Source: Phoronis australis
Taxonomy: Eukaryota > Animalia > Phoronida
Direction: 5' to 3'
DNA: 64,000 nt
NCBI GenBank assembly: GCA_002633005.1
Contig: NMRA01000008.1
Location: forward strand, 1,871,456-1,935,455
Part shown: positions 25,679 through 38,600 of the stretch, in pieces
How the letters are laid out: each line of letters starts with the position of its first letter
Position numbering within the stretch: the stretch's first letter is position 1
The notes under the pieces: generated by a model
Seen by the model: the letters and a program-made list of their open reading frames with translations, nothing else
Told to the model about the DNA's origin: nothing
The model's database searches: none
Made by a program: the position numbers and the translations under genes

Positions 25679-26641
25679 ACTAAATGCATCACCAATACAC
25701 ATCTAGCCCCAGATATTGTAGTTCTATGACGAAATTGATAAGAAGAAACATTCCACCAACCTCAAAATAAGCTATTACTACGAAACATCGTACTTAAAAA
25801 ACCAAAGCACTGAAATTCATGCGCAACTCCTTGCACGTACGGCACAAACAAAGTAAACAGGTCGATCTCACATATATTTCACCATTGGCGCCCAACTTAA
25901 ACCCTAATAATAAATTCAAGGCGAGTATTGCAACACTACAACAAAAAAACCAATTGAGTGATTGACACGAAATTCAACTGATTATCAAAAAGATACAGGC
26001 AACTAATTACAACACCTTAGTCCACAGTTTTTCTTTCTCCTATTTACCTGAATGTCTGAACAACTGACAAAATACAGTTATTATGTAACGCGAGATTATT
26101 CCAATTCATTGTCAAAACACCTGTAGCTGAGTACTCCCAAACACTTCAACTAATATTACATACAATGCAACAACACAGAAATGCAGGCATTTTGAGTCCA
26201 TTTATTAAAATGCACAGTAAGGTTCGAGAAAAGAGGCAAGAGTGAGCAAATCCTAACCAGAATATTGCTATATTCACAGGTTGCCTTCACAACCAAATAG
26301 ATCAAAATTCTTGACATCACTAGGGTGATCTCAGGTTTATCTGGTTCAAGCAAATGCAATAGGTTTTGCAACAGCAAAGTCGCCTTGATTGTGATAGGGG
26401 AAAATGTCATGAAATGGGCAATTACAAGAAAGCTATCAAAAAATATAGCACCTAGGGACAAAGCTCAACATTCTAATCAATTCAGCGAAAACACACTAAA
26501 CATATCTCAGCTATTTTTATTCAGTTATGAAGATAGCACAATCGAGTGCTTAAGGTATACACATTAAGCAGGGTAATCAGTATAAAGCTTTAGCATAAAC
26601 CAACTTGGTGTTGTGTTTCATGCTGTCAATATAATAAAAGA

Positions 26642-29600
26642 CTACATTTGATATTCCAGCAGTGTGTTGTAGCTTGAAGAACTGGAACCATAATTGGCTG
26701 TGACAGAACACTTCGTTTCACGGTTCCAGTAACGATCCATGGGAACGCTTCCCTCCCAACATCCGTGTTTTGGCTCAAGTTGCGTCCAGTCGCTACCGAC
26801 GACGACGGCCACCTTGTCGGCTTTTGGCACCTCCATCTTGAAGAACAAGGAAGCAGGCGTGCGGTCGTGCAGAGGTCGACTGGCGCTGAGATGACCATCC
26901 ACTGGGTTGTAGAGAAAGCATCCCTCTTTCCATTGGCTGAACTGTTTGGGGAAGGGCAGTGGGCTGCCAGTCACATTGGTGCAGTTGATCAAGTAGTTGA
27001 ACACACCAGGCAAGCTCTGAGAGGACTCCGAAAGAGGCTGCGCAAACATCTGAAATTTGTAGATTCCGGGTTTGGGGAGTCGAATAACGAACATGAGAGA
27101 TGACTCTTTAAACTTTCCTTGTTGCAAAATGTACTCTGGGAACTCCTGCTGCGTGGCTGTCAATATCAAGTTGCTGGTGACGCGAAGCTGGCGCGACATA
27201 GAAAAGACGATTTGCAGTTCACCAGTCTGGTTGTGAATGAGAGGATCTTTGTTAGAAATGGCTGCAAGACCCAGATCAGTGTAACCAGGCTGAGGACCAA
27301 GATAGGCAGCCGGAAGCTGTGGGAAGCGAATACCGCTTACTCGGCTCTCATTGCAAAGGATCAGATACTGACACATATGATAGAGAGTTTTCCCATCTTT
27401 TGTTGGATCGTTAACAAAAATTTCAAGGCCATATTCTCCTTTCTGAGGGACAGAGACGCTAAAGATCGCAGTCTCGCCAACCGTGCGATGCAAGATACAG
27501 CTATCTAGATCTGACTCTTCATAGTCGTTGCTCTTCAGTTTGGCAGAAAACAACAGATGCTTGGCAATCTTGAATCTCACCTCAGCTTGACCACTGGTCG
27601 TTTGGACAACACTCGACACTTGTGGAGTGGAAATACCATACTTCCGCGCCACGTCCAGCGGCAGACCCCAGCACGTTGAAGAACATGGCGGATAGGGAAC
27701 AGCAATGGCTGGTTGGCTGTTGCAAACAATTTTGTATTCGCAAACAGCACTGTACATCCTGTCTTGTCGTTCTGGGATGTTCTCGCGAGCATACACAACG
27801 AATTTGTAGCCTCCCTGTTTGGGGACACGAATTCGGAAACTGGCCGTACAGTCTGTGACTTCTTGAATTCCAAACCGAGTGAGTTTGGTACCCTTCACTT
27901 CTTCAGTACCATCCTCAGTGGCCAAACTAAATGTAAACTCTAGACCGGGGCCACGATACATGGCATAGCCGACGATAAGCTCAACTTCATCCTTTGAGGT
28001 GATGACTGCATTCTTATGGGAGAGCAAGTCTAGGCCGTATTTGAAGAAGAGCGACTTGACAGGAGGGAGATTCTCAAACTCAGTCAAAGTATAAGGGTTC
28101 TCAAGAAGCTGCCAGTTAGCGTCGTTGGGGAAATGAGTGTAGATCAGCTGACGAGGGTCGACCAGGAAGTAGTATTCGTCCAGTTCATACTTGACATTTT
28201 CCTCTCCTTTCTTTCCTATCATGCGTCGTGAAGCCCAGTGACAGTCGATCAACCTCCAATGGCCGTTGATGACAACGGCGTTCCACGCATGGAAGGCATT
28301 ACTGCCAGCAAACTTCATACCAGGTTTGTAGTCCGCACCTTTAGCAAAGCCTGGGATGACGACGCAATGGAGTCCGGCATAGCTGAAACAACAACAATAA
28401 AGGCATGTAGCTTCAAGTGTGACCAAACATTGTTTCAGAGACTCAAAGACTTGTAATTTCAAATGAAGAAAAAACTAACCGAAGAAAAATACAGCCTATG
28501 GGCTCCATGCAAAATCTAAACAAAATGACTGATCAGTGAAAAACCAACACGTGCCCACACAATAGTCACCCTACTCGTGAGTCTGGGATAAACACGTGCA
28601 GTATCACTTGAACTTCTCACTTAGGAATTACTTTGCTAAGAATCTATCACAATCTATAAGAACAAAACACCATGTGATGACAGTAAACTCTCACACACAC
28701 CTGCAAAGTGTTTCAAAGATTTTGGCGTATGTTGCTTTCCCTTCACGCAAGTTCACTAAGATTTCCTCAGGGGAGCCTGGTTCCACATTATCGAATCGCA
28801 TCTGACTCAAGTCTTTCGTGCACAGCCACAAGAAGATGGCTCTGAAAAAAAACCCGACATTATGTAACTCCAAGAGCAGCAAAAGATAATGATAATCTAT
28901 TTTGGACTATAAAGTCATCAATCAAGAAATTACCAATAGAAATGCCTTGGTCAAAGTTTCATTATCACTGAGTTCATGAGGCAAACAATGGAAGGTTCTC
29001 TCAAGCTATTGCTCATAAAATAAAACTAAAAAATGCTGGTTAGAAGGTATGATCATTTAAAGGCTAACAATGAAGACAGAGTTCTATATAAACTGAAAGA
29101 TTCTATATGTATATTTCTAATTATTACTTACATGCAAATGTTACTTTCCATGTATCCTTAAAATATCTTCAATCAGAAATTTTATGAGCTTGGCCAACAA
29201 AAGAATTCTACACACACACACAAACACTCGCGCATGCGCCAAATTTACCTGGCCTTGTTTACGTCATCATCAATGTTTTTAGAAAAGATGAGATCCCAGA
29301 CCAGATCGCGGAAGTTGTCGTGAACAGTTTTAGACACTTGAACGGCATGACGATCAATAGTCTGGAATTTGCGGAGATCATCAGTTCCACTCATTGGCGC
29401 TGGTGTCGGCGGAGGGGCAGGTTTGGGGGCTGGGTGTGACTTGTGTTCAATAGGAATGGGCTTGAAGCTCGCAGGTGCCTTAGGAACGTCACTGTCGACA
29501 CGTTTTGGAAGGGCCTCTATAGTGATGATACCAACATTTTGCGTGGTGTCCGGTGATTCTACCTGCAAAACATCAACAAATTATTAAAATATAACTAAAA

Positions 29601-32600
29601 ATACACCTGAATTTATATTTTGGGTACCAAAAATGTAAAACATGCTATTTTCCAAATATCCCCACTCGGGATTACAGAAAGTCCTAGTGCATTGAAAAAT
29701 GAACTTTAGAATATTTCCTAGAATGAGAAAAAAATGAAACAATTAGTTCAAAAACAAAACCGTGTCATGGTAGACGTATTTTAGAGCATTTTGCCAACAT
29801 TTTTGGGACCCAGTATTTGTGTGCCAATTGTTTTTATAACGGCAGGATTAAATGAGGAATTATGGTTTCAAAAAGCCAGTTGTATATGATCTAATAACAT
29901 GTAAAAATGCAACAGAACAGGACAAACAAAAGAAGCAGAATTAACTGCAATAGTCGTACTAAAATGTCGTCCCTCAGAAATACTTGAAACACTGAATTAC
30001 ACCGTCTCAAGTGTCATTTAAAGTCTCACGCAAGGATTTGATCACCCACTTACAGCACAGACTATCATTTTCCTTTTCATTGTTTCAAAGCTATAGAGAG
30101 GGCAGCACTGGCCGTTAGGCCCTACTGTTCTCCAGTCTTAAGTCCATGGGTCCAGTACAGTATCCAACCTATGGATTTAGAGGCCCTCCATTTGACTGTT
30201 TCCCAACCCTGTCACAACAAACGTATGTTTACCCTTTTTACAGTTGTTCCAACCCACCCACCTGTCCATCACCCGCCATGCCGCCTCTGGACGCCTGCTG
30301 TGCCTGTGGTGCGTACTGGCTTCTGATTGGTTCCTGAACAGGTTTGTAGGCAGAGCTAGTCACAGAAGCTTGCTGTGCTGGACGACCATAGGCCTCGCTT
30401 GGTTGCTGGGCTACCATTGACCCATGTTGTACCTGCACATGCAAGTGACCAATGGGAAAAGGTGACACAAATTACGTTGTAGAGCTCAGAAAATTGTTGC
30501 ACAAACAAGTATTCTTCTAGACCTCCAACATCCCAAAGTTTTAGATTTCTCAACAACAATAGAGCTATTGTTTCTCAAAGAGCGATGTGCTGTGGCGCCA
30601 GCTTGGATTCGATTTTGATCAGTAAGTGGGATACTACCACATTTTCAAAAAGTTTTGAACACTGGAATGCTGTGTGGCGAACAACAGAGAACTCTGCATA
30701 ATAAATTGATAACGTACCCTGACTGGTGTTGCCTTAGAAGTGTATGCATCTTGTTCAGGGGGTGGTGGGGGTGGGAAGTCGTCATTCATTCTGTCCATAC
30801 CTTGTACAAGCTGCAGAGACAGTAAGACTCATACTACAATCACTTAATATTGAGCAAGTATTAAGGGTGCATGCTTGAAAGCTGCAGTAATCCTGAGTTC
30901 CACGTATAACACAGGGCAATATCTCACGGAGACTTGTGTGATCTTTCCAAGCTAACAACCTATTATTAGGCTTATTGAACACACCAGTCTTCCTCAAGTG
31001 AATTAGCCGAGCAAAACCACGGTAACGTTCACGGGACAATCTCACCAGATGTTGGTTTTATTTCCATTTCTGCTCGACGCACATTACGTTATTTAGAAGT
31101 CAATGATTTGGAATCAGGTTAACATTGTTTTCCGTGAATCTGTTCAGTGTTGTATTTTATATTGGTGACATTACCAGTGATATCCCTTGTATTTCGACAG
31201 ATGTGTTGTCATGCACATTACACTAACAAAAACTTTTATATTATCCAATTCTTGCAACAATTACTTCAAATGGTCTCAGATTTTGTGAACCAGTTTGATG
31301 CCCATTGTTCAGTAGAGAAAACTGGTTCTCAAAATGCAAGACTTCTGTAAGAGTATATTACCCTGATTCCTCTCCAACTACTCACCAAAAGTCAGATAAA
31401 TGTTGACAATCCCAATGAATTTAAATGAAGATTTGAAATCTCACCTGACACCTTAGTGTTCCGAGAGATTATTCCTCGGAGAGATTATTCAGTAAACCAG
31501 TATGTTTGAGGCTCATTTTTAGCGCATATATAATGGTGCTGCGATGGATATGACGCTTACCTCGCTCACATCTCGCTGGTATCGATCCCCATCTGGCATT
31601 TGCTGACTACCCGGTTGACCACCCATTCTCTGCTGACGGCTGTCATAGAGCTCACCTCCTGGGCCTGCAGTGCTGCCACCTATTTATAGAAGAACAGCAT
31701 GTGTTAAAGCGGGTCAGCAACGCAAGCAACAATGAGAAAAAGAATACCACAAAAACAACATTTTACCAACCAGCAGAATGTAACCTAATGGCAAGGACGC
31801 CAGAGCCTCAAATCATGTACTCGAACTAGACTCATCTGCACGAACCACACAATCATTCCCACGAACACCTGAATATTACACACCAACCGCAACACCATGC
31901 ACAGGAGCAATAATTACGCACAAGACCTGCAAGTCCTACCCATAGTGAACACAGGCTCTTCGACACGAACATTGAATCATTTGTACCACCATTTGCCACA
32001 CGTGCTCACTCCATTCTTCATTCAAAGTTTCATGTGCTCCACGTTTGTGGTTTCTGTGCATCATTTATTGTTCACCTATTAATACCCATGACACAAGTTA
32101 CAACATAGAGTATAGTACATGGACAGACAACTCCGTATATTTTCAATAAACGAAATCTGTGACCGTTACGTCATTATTCACTTACGACACCTGGCAAAAT
32201 AAGCAAGTTTCACTTCCGGCAAGTACGTCGTCTGCTAATCATGGTCGGCTGTTGTGTGGTCAATGCCACAAGTACCCAAGATATCAACAATTCTATTATT
32301 GGAAGACTATGAATAGCGTTTCAATGTCTTAATTATTTTTTTTCGTTGCACTGGACAGTAAAATAGATGCGAGAATTTCACCGTCACAGTACACTAACCG
32401 GAAACTGAAATTGGTAATTGAGAGTGGCGCCTCCTCTAGGATAGTACTCAAGAAAATGTCGGAGTTGCGAATCTGTTGTCTATAACCTATGGTTACAGCT
32501 AGGCCTAACCTGCACCAGGTCCTGGATACTCAACCATGTATTGACAAACATGAGTGAAGGTATTTCCATCCTTCTTGGGATCGTTGGCATAAACCTCCAA

Positions 32601-35600
32601 CGCATAATTCCCAGGCCTAGGCAAGGTCATAGTGACAACGGCATTGGTCCTTGTGTCTTTCATGTCGACAGCTTTTTCTAAAGAAGCGTCGTCCACTCCG
32701 TCACAGTGCAACTTTGGAAGAATACGAACATCACGTGACTTGTCAAATCGAACCTAGAATAACAAAATGGATATTTTAAATTGCTTTTCACATTAAAAGC
32801 AAAGCAGGGTCAAGTACATCCCTCTAAATTGATTGACTCGAAATTTGGTGGAAATGATTAAACCCGTTTACCTAAATCAACTTTACAATGATGCATCTGT
32901 TTGTGGAACTCAAACTTTGGCCCAACACAAAACCAAGTACAATTAAAACAAACTTATCCATAAGTAATTTAAAATAAAACTATAAAATGTATTCCAGCCA
33001 CAAGCAGAGGTTTTTAAAGACGCTGCTGAACTAATACAGAGTCAGTTACACCTCAAAAATGGGTTGTGGGATGTATAATACTGAAAGCAATTTGTTCTGA
33101 AAGTTTCGTAGCATCAACATAGTGACGACAACGGCATTTCAGACATGCATATGCTTCCTTTAAACAAAATATGAATTGCTAAGTACGTTTCTCCCATTAA
33201 ACAACTATAAACCCATCTTCCGTCATAAAAAAGTTTGATTTACAGCACTATCATTATCAACTGATCTCAAACATACTCATTTCACAATTAAAGAATAAGG
33301 GTTTACACAAATTTATCTCAGTAACTAGCTGTTATGGGTAAATTGCCAAATACTGTACTTTTGCTTAAGTGCCATAAAATTAATTTTTATAGTCATGTGG
33401 AGAGTCAGACCAAACTTCCTACTTCAGTCCTAAAAGGATACTAAACCCAGTTTTGTCCTATTAACAGATATTAAAAACGACATTCCCATCCAATTCCCCG
33501 AAACAAAATAATGCTCTATAACCCTTGGCAACCCTCAAAAGTTTGGAGGAAAACTCCTTTCGAAGTTTGCAAAATGGGCGAGCGTGATCTACGCTTTAAG
33601 CAAATTGCAAGGCAAATGTGGAGAAAGACCACCCACCACAGCCATAATACCCAATCTGTGACATAGATTGCAGCCAATGATGCATTAGCGGGTGACAGAA
33701 TGGGGATTGGTTGAAATCATCAAAACAGGGTTTAGTGACCTTTTAATTCACTTTTCATGAAACAGGCCCGATTCATATATACCTCAGCTTTTCCATTGCG
33801 CGCTGGGATTATGCCGTCTTTCTTACTGGCTCTCAGTCCCATCTGCTGGACAGGTGCTCCAGGGCCCCAGTTGGTGTCGGACGCGCTTGGGTAGGGCATG
33901 GCCCCGGCAGCCACGCGATCACACACAATCTTGTATTCACACGCTGCGTTGAACACGTTCTCCACAGTCAGGGAGTCAGGACCAATCTTCTGCGAGTAGA
34001 CCGTCAAGTAGAAGAAACCTAGAAATAGGAAACCATTCAAAATGTAGGAAAACTAGTTAACGGAAACCAAAAATACAGTATCATAATATTTCCCGAAATT
34101 CAAAAAAAAATAATTCTCTAAACTTTCATTTTTGTTTTTCAGAAGCTCACTCCGTTGTCTAGAATGCTACAAATTCCATATTGCGTTTCTTTTTGACGGC
34201 TGTACAATGTAAACTGTGCACATAAGGAAATTAAATTTTCTAAAAGTTTATTTTCGATGAAAACTTTGATAAAAGGCCACACTGCTCCGCCATAATACGT
34301 ATGTTCTAAGAGTCTTGACCCTTTACCATAACACTACATTGCATTGTGGGCTAAAGCAAATGAAAACAAGGAACATGTGGCCAAGTACGCGAACACACCA
34401 ACCTGAAATTTGCTAAAAACTTCAAACACCCAAAAGTAAAGCCCACTGGGTAAAGCTGCTCAAACACACTTAGACTTGAGCAGCTATTGGTCTGTTTGGA
34501 TCAGCAAAGACATATGGAAAACAACCTCATGTTGATGTCAAGTCACATATCATACGAAAGACTGTGGTGCATATTTTGACAGTCTTTTGGGTGACTGCAG
34601 CTTGTTTAACTTACTATCGTGAGCACTTGATAAGGCAAATACGGTACACTCCATTTATTGTTTGCATATCACAAAAAACTGACTAGCCCGCATAAATGCA
34701 TTCAATTGACCTCACTGCATACCTATATGTGGGTCAGACACAGACTGAAACAGAACATATTAAATTTTTATAAAAAGCAGTACTTTTGAAATTTCAGCAC
34801 GATATACATTAAAATGAGAAGTGTGTAATAAACGATATGCAACTCCAAACTAACTGAGGCAGGAAGTGCTCTTGCTCAATAACATGAATGAAATGAGAAC
34901 AGAAAGCATGGGGCCACTTGTGAAATTTGGCTCCAAAATGGATTCCAAAGTGGGGACCTTTGTTTCACTAACGCCACCAAGTGAATTTGGAGAGCTTCAT
35001 TACCTTGCAGAGGGGAGCAGACGTGAAGTGAAACTTTGTTGTCTGAGGTCTGCTGCAATACGTAACGATTCAGTTTGGTGCCGGCGTACTCATCGACGCA
35101 AGACTCGCCAAACAAGAACTTGAACGTGAACTGCGACGGGCGTGAATAACCGAGCTCAAGGTCAAGATGTCCACCCTGAGTTTTGATCACCCCTTTGTTG
35201 TGTGACAAGAACTGCATGCCGCACTTGAAGAAGTGAGACTTGGCCAACGGAAGATCTTCAAAGTCGCGCAGGGAGTACGGCCTGGAACATTCACAGAATG
35301 ACGACTAGCAATAGCGTGTGATAATATATAATCTGACTGAATGCTGTGAAACGATGAGCCTGCTTGAGAAAAACAACACAATTACATAATTATCCAACAG
35401 CAGAAATACAATTTCTCAGCAATGTCTTATAATTCTAAACCAACATTCAGTCCTGCAACAAGTAGAGACAATCAAATCCAATGGACATGAGGTATCATGA
35501 ACATGAGGTATTGCAATAGACATTATGCAACGTTGAGAATTTTATGAAGCCTTACAGATTTTTTAAAGTTTCATTTACGATTTTATAGTATGTGTCATAG

Positions 35601-38600
35601 CTAATTTTATAGTATAAAAATAGTTTAAGTTCATGTGGGTTCAAAGTTTCAAAGTTCATGTATAAGGACAGCGAATGTTGAAGGCAGTGTCTACGCAGCG
35701 TATCAAAAGGTAGACCTTCGTAGTGCAAGTTTCATGCAAGGAAAGTGAGATCCCGCAAGACACACAAAATCATGCAAGTGAAACCCAAGTTAACCACAAA
35801 TAACTTCCAACACCTTGTTGGTGTAAACTAGCAAAAAACCAGTTTCCATTCCACAAGCAAAGATTTCTTGGCAGAAGTGTTTCATGATTGCCTTTTGTTT
35901 GCAAAATGTAATCCAGGGGACTTCTGTTGCCTAACATGTTGTTTGTTTCTCTCTCGAACAGCCTTAGCTGACTTTACATAACGTTTATTACAACGGGCCA
36001 TGTTATCTGGGAAACTAATTAATACTGATGTAAATTAAAATGACAACTAAATGGAATACAAAAAATGACACCAATCGTCTCCAGTTTGTACTCTGAATTA
36101 CGAGCAGTATTTCTTCCTGTCTGGTCTTGGTCATAACCCAACAAACATAAATATAAGAAATTGTTGAATTGTTGTGACTTACCATTGTTAAAATGTAGTC
36201 AAATATAATTATAGCGCTACTGCTAGGAGGCGAAGATTGTTGGAAACTGATTCCCATGACCAGCCATACTGTTTGTTGTCTCTTCTCAGATATCAAGTCT
36301 CGTGTATCCTCTCTCATGAAAGTTGTTATAATCTGCACTATAGGCCTAAGGCCTCAAGCAATGGTAATGAACTAAAATGTATACACGCATCTTTAATGAT
36401 GAAGTTCTCCCACTATGTACACAAGTGACAATACAAATATAAATAGACTTACTTGGCCAGCAACTGCCACTTTTCTGCTTCTGGCCAGTGGCTGTAGATG
36501 AACTGCATAGGATCTGGCAAGAAGTAGTAATCATCGTATTCATACACCATGTTCTCAGGCACGTTTCTGTCAGATGACTGCAGGTAACGCGTGGCCCAAT
36601 GGCTGTCGACAATCTGCCAGACCCCGTCAATACATATGATGTTCCAGCTGTGGTTCTGAGACGTGCCAGAGAAGGTCACCCCAGGGCGGTAATCCACGCC
36701 TTTTGCAAACCCACTGACTGTCACGCAATGCATGCCTGCCGCGCTAAACAATGAAGACATAAATAGATTGACGTCTACTTAATGAACAAAATTTCTATAT
36801 GGAATGTGACTTCTTTTACTTATGTAAGCAGTTGCTCCAGGGGTGGAATACATGCCGTCATAGTCATAAAATACCACAACTGTCCTGTTTGGGTGAAAGA
36901 AGCTGTGAATATCATTGAAAAAGTTGTGGTCATTTATGGCAATTCTCCACTTATGGTACACAAAAATTTACCAAACCTGACATTTTCCCATTTTCCAAAG
37001 GCTGATTACCTTGCTACAAGTCATAGGAACATTTAATTTAAAAAATGTTGTTTTATGGCAGCTACACAGTACAAACCATAGTGATCAAATAAAATTTAAT
37101 TTTCATTTCTTTCAGGAAATTAAAATTTTAATCGTAGGCCATATTGGGTGCTAAACAAGTGAAGAATTACCGTACTAATGGGCATTTCGTTATTAGAGCT
37201 AATAACAGTAACAATACCGGTAATAGTAATAATAAACTTTACTCAGAGGATAAAATACAATATAATTTAAAACATGCTTTGGTTAAAGGCTAATATACAG
37301 CATGGTCCTAATATACAGCTGGCCAGGCCAATCGAATCGCTGTTTTTTGTCATTACAGGATACTAGTATTACTCTCTGATATAATTCGGCCCATACTGGA
37401 TTGAGCTCACCTCTTTCGCAGAGGCAGAAAAATGCATTGCTGCTTGACTGACCTACATTTCATGATGTCAGGCACTCCTGATAGGTGAACAAGGAAATAA
37501 CAATACAATGTGCATTCAACACAGATGTTAGACCTTTTTGCCAATTTCTTGCCTGCGTTAAAACAAGAGCAACACAGAGTATTGAAATGCATGGTCCACG
37601 ACCGTACCATAAACGGTGTGCTTCTAGGGGTGTTTATTAATATCATAAAAATGGCCATTAGAGGGTGCAGAATACGCCGAACTAATAAGACAGTCCCAGA
37701 TTAAACGGCGACAGAACTATCCTTTTTCCAGGTGAATGAAAAGCGCGACATCGTTTTGGAAATAAGACACATTTTCGAGTCTCTCATTGATGTTGGGAAG
37801 GCGAAGAATTTCAGATCGCACATCTGCGGGTATTTGTCCAATTTATCAAACTTTCTCATGTTGGAGTTGCAGCCCACAGCACAGCAGTAATACTTCGTTG
37901 GAAAGACGAATAGAGTAATGCAACCCATAAAATCTTGTAAAGAATCAAACAGCAACAAATAACATTTGAAACTCCAGTGGCATGAAAACGGGGCAGCAAA
38001 TGTGCCTGACGGATATTTACGGCATTGTGGGTAAATATAGTGAGATTCGAGTGTCGCTGTGTAATCCGGGGCAGTCCTATTCGAAAATGGGAAGGCGGCG
38101 GCGGCGTCTTCTCTCTAATACATAACCACTTGCCAGAAAATCTTATTGCCCACCTTATAAACTTTCGTGTTAAGTCCTCCTCATTCAGAGTCATGAGGGA
38201 AGGCCAGTTGTCACGGCAGGCATAAAAGTTAACCATTTTGATTAATTTTGAGGTGAGAAGCAAATTTCCGACGTGTTTGCTTCTTATACTTGGTCCACAT
38301 GAGTGATGAAAACGTAAGCAGTTTTTCAGTGGCACCAGAGTGCCAGCAAAAATTACACTTGAAACCATTCGTGTTACTGGAGTTTGTGCTCCTGTTTAAA
38401 GAGATAGTGAAAACACTAGCATTTTAGCCAGTTTGTGAATGGATTATAAAGTCACTACTGCTCTCTTTAAAGGTCTATTTATTCATAGCTGCACTTTAAA
38501 ACGCTCAAGTTAGATGTTTGAGCTGATACATTTGAAATGCCAAGCCAGGAAACGAACTTAAAGGGTATTTAGCTTAAAGTTTAAAACACACCAGTTTGTG

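Noticed and set aside
26626-28456. Several antisense and alternative-frame ORFs over the large hillarin-like exon
   Set aside because: Shadows of a GC-richer coding exon with no independent protein features.
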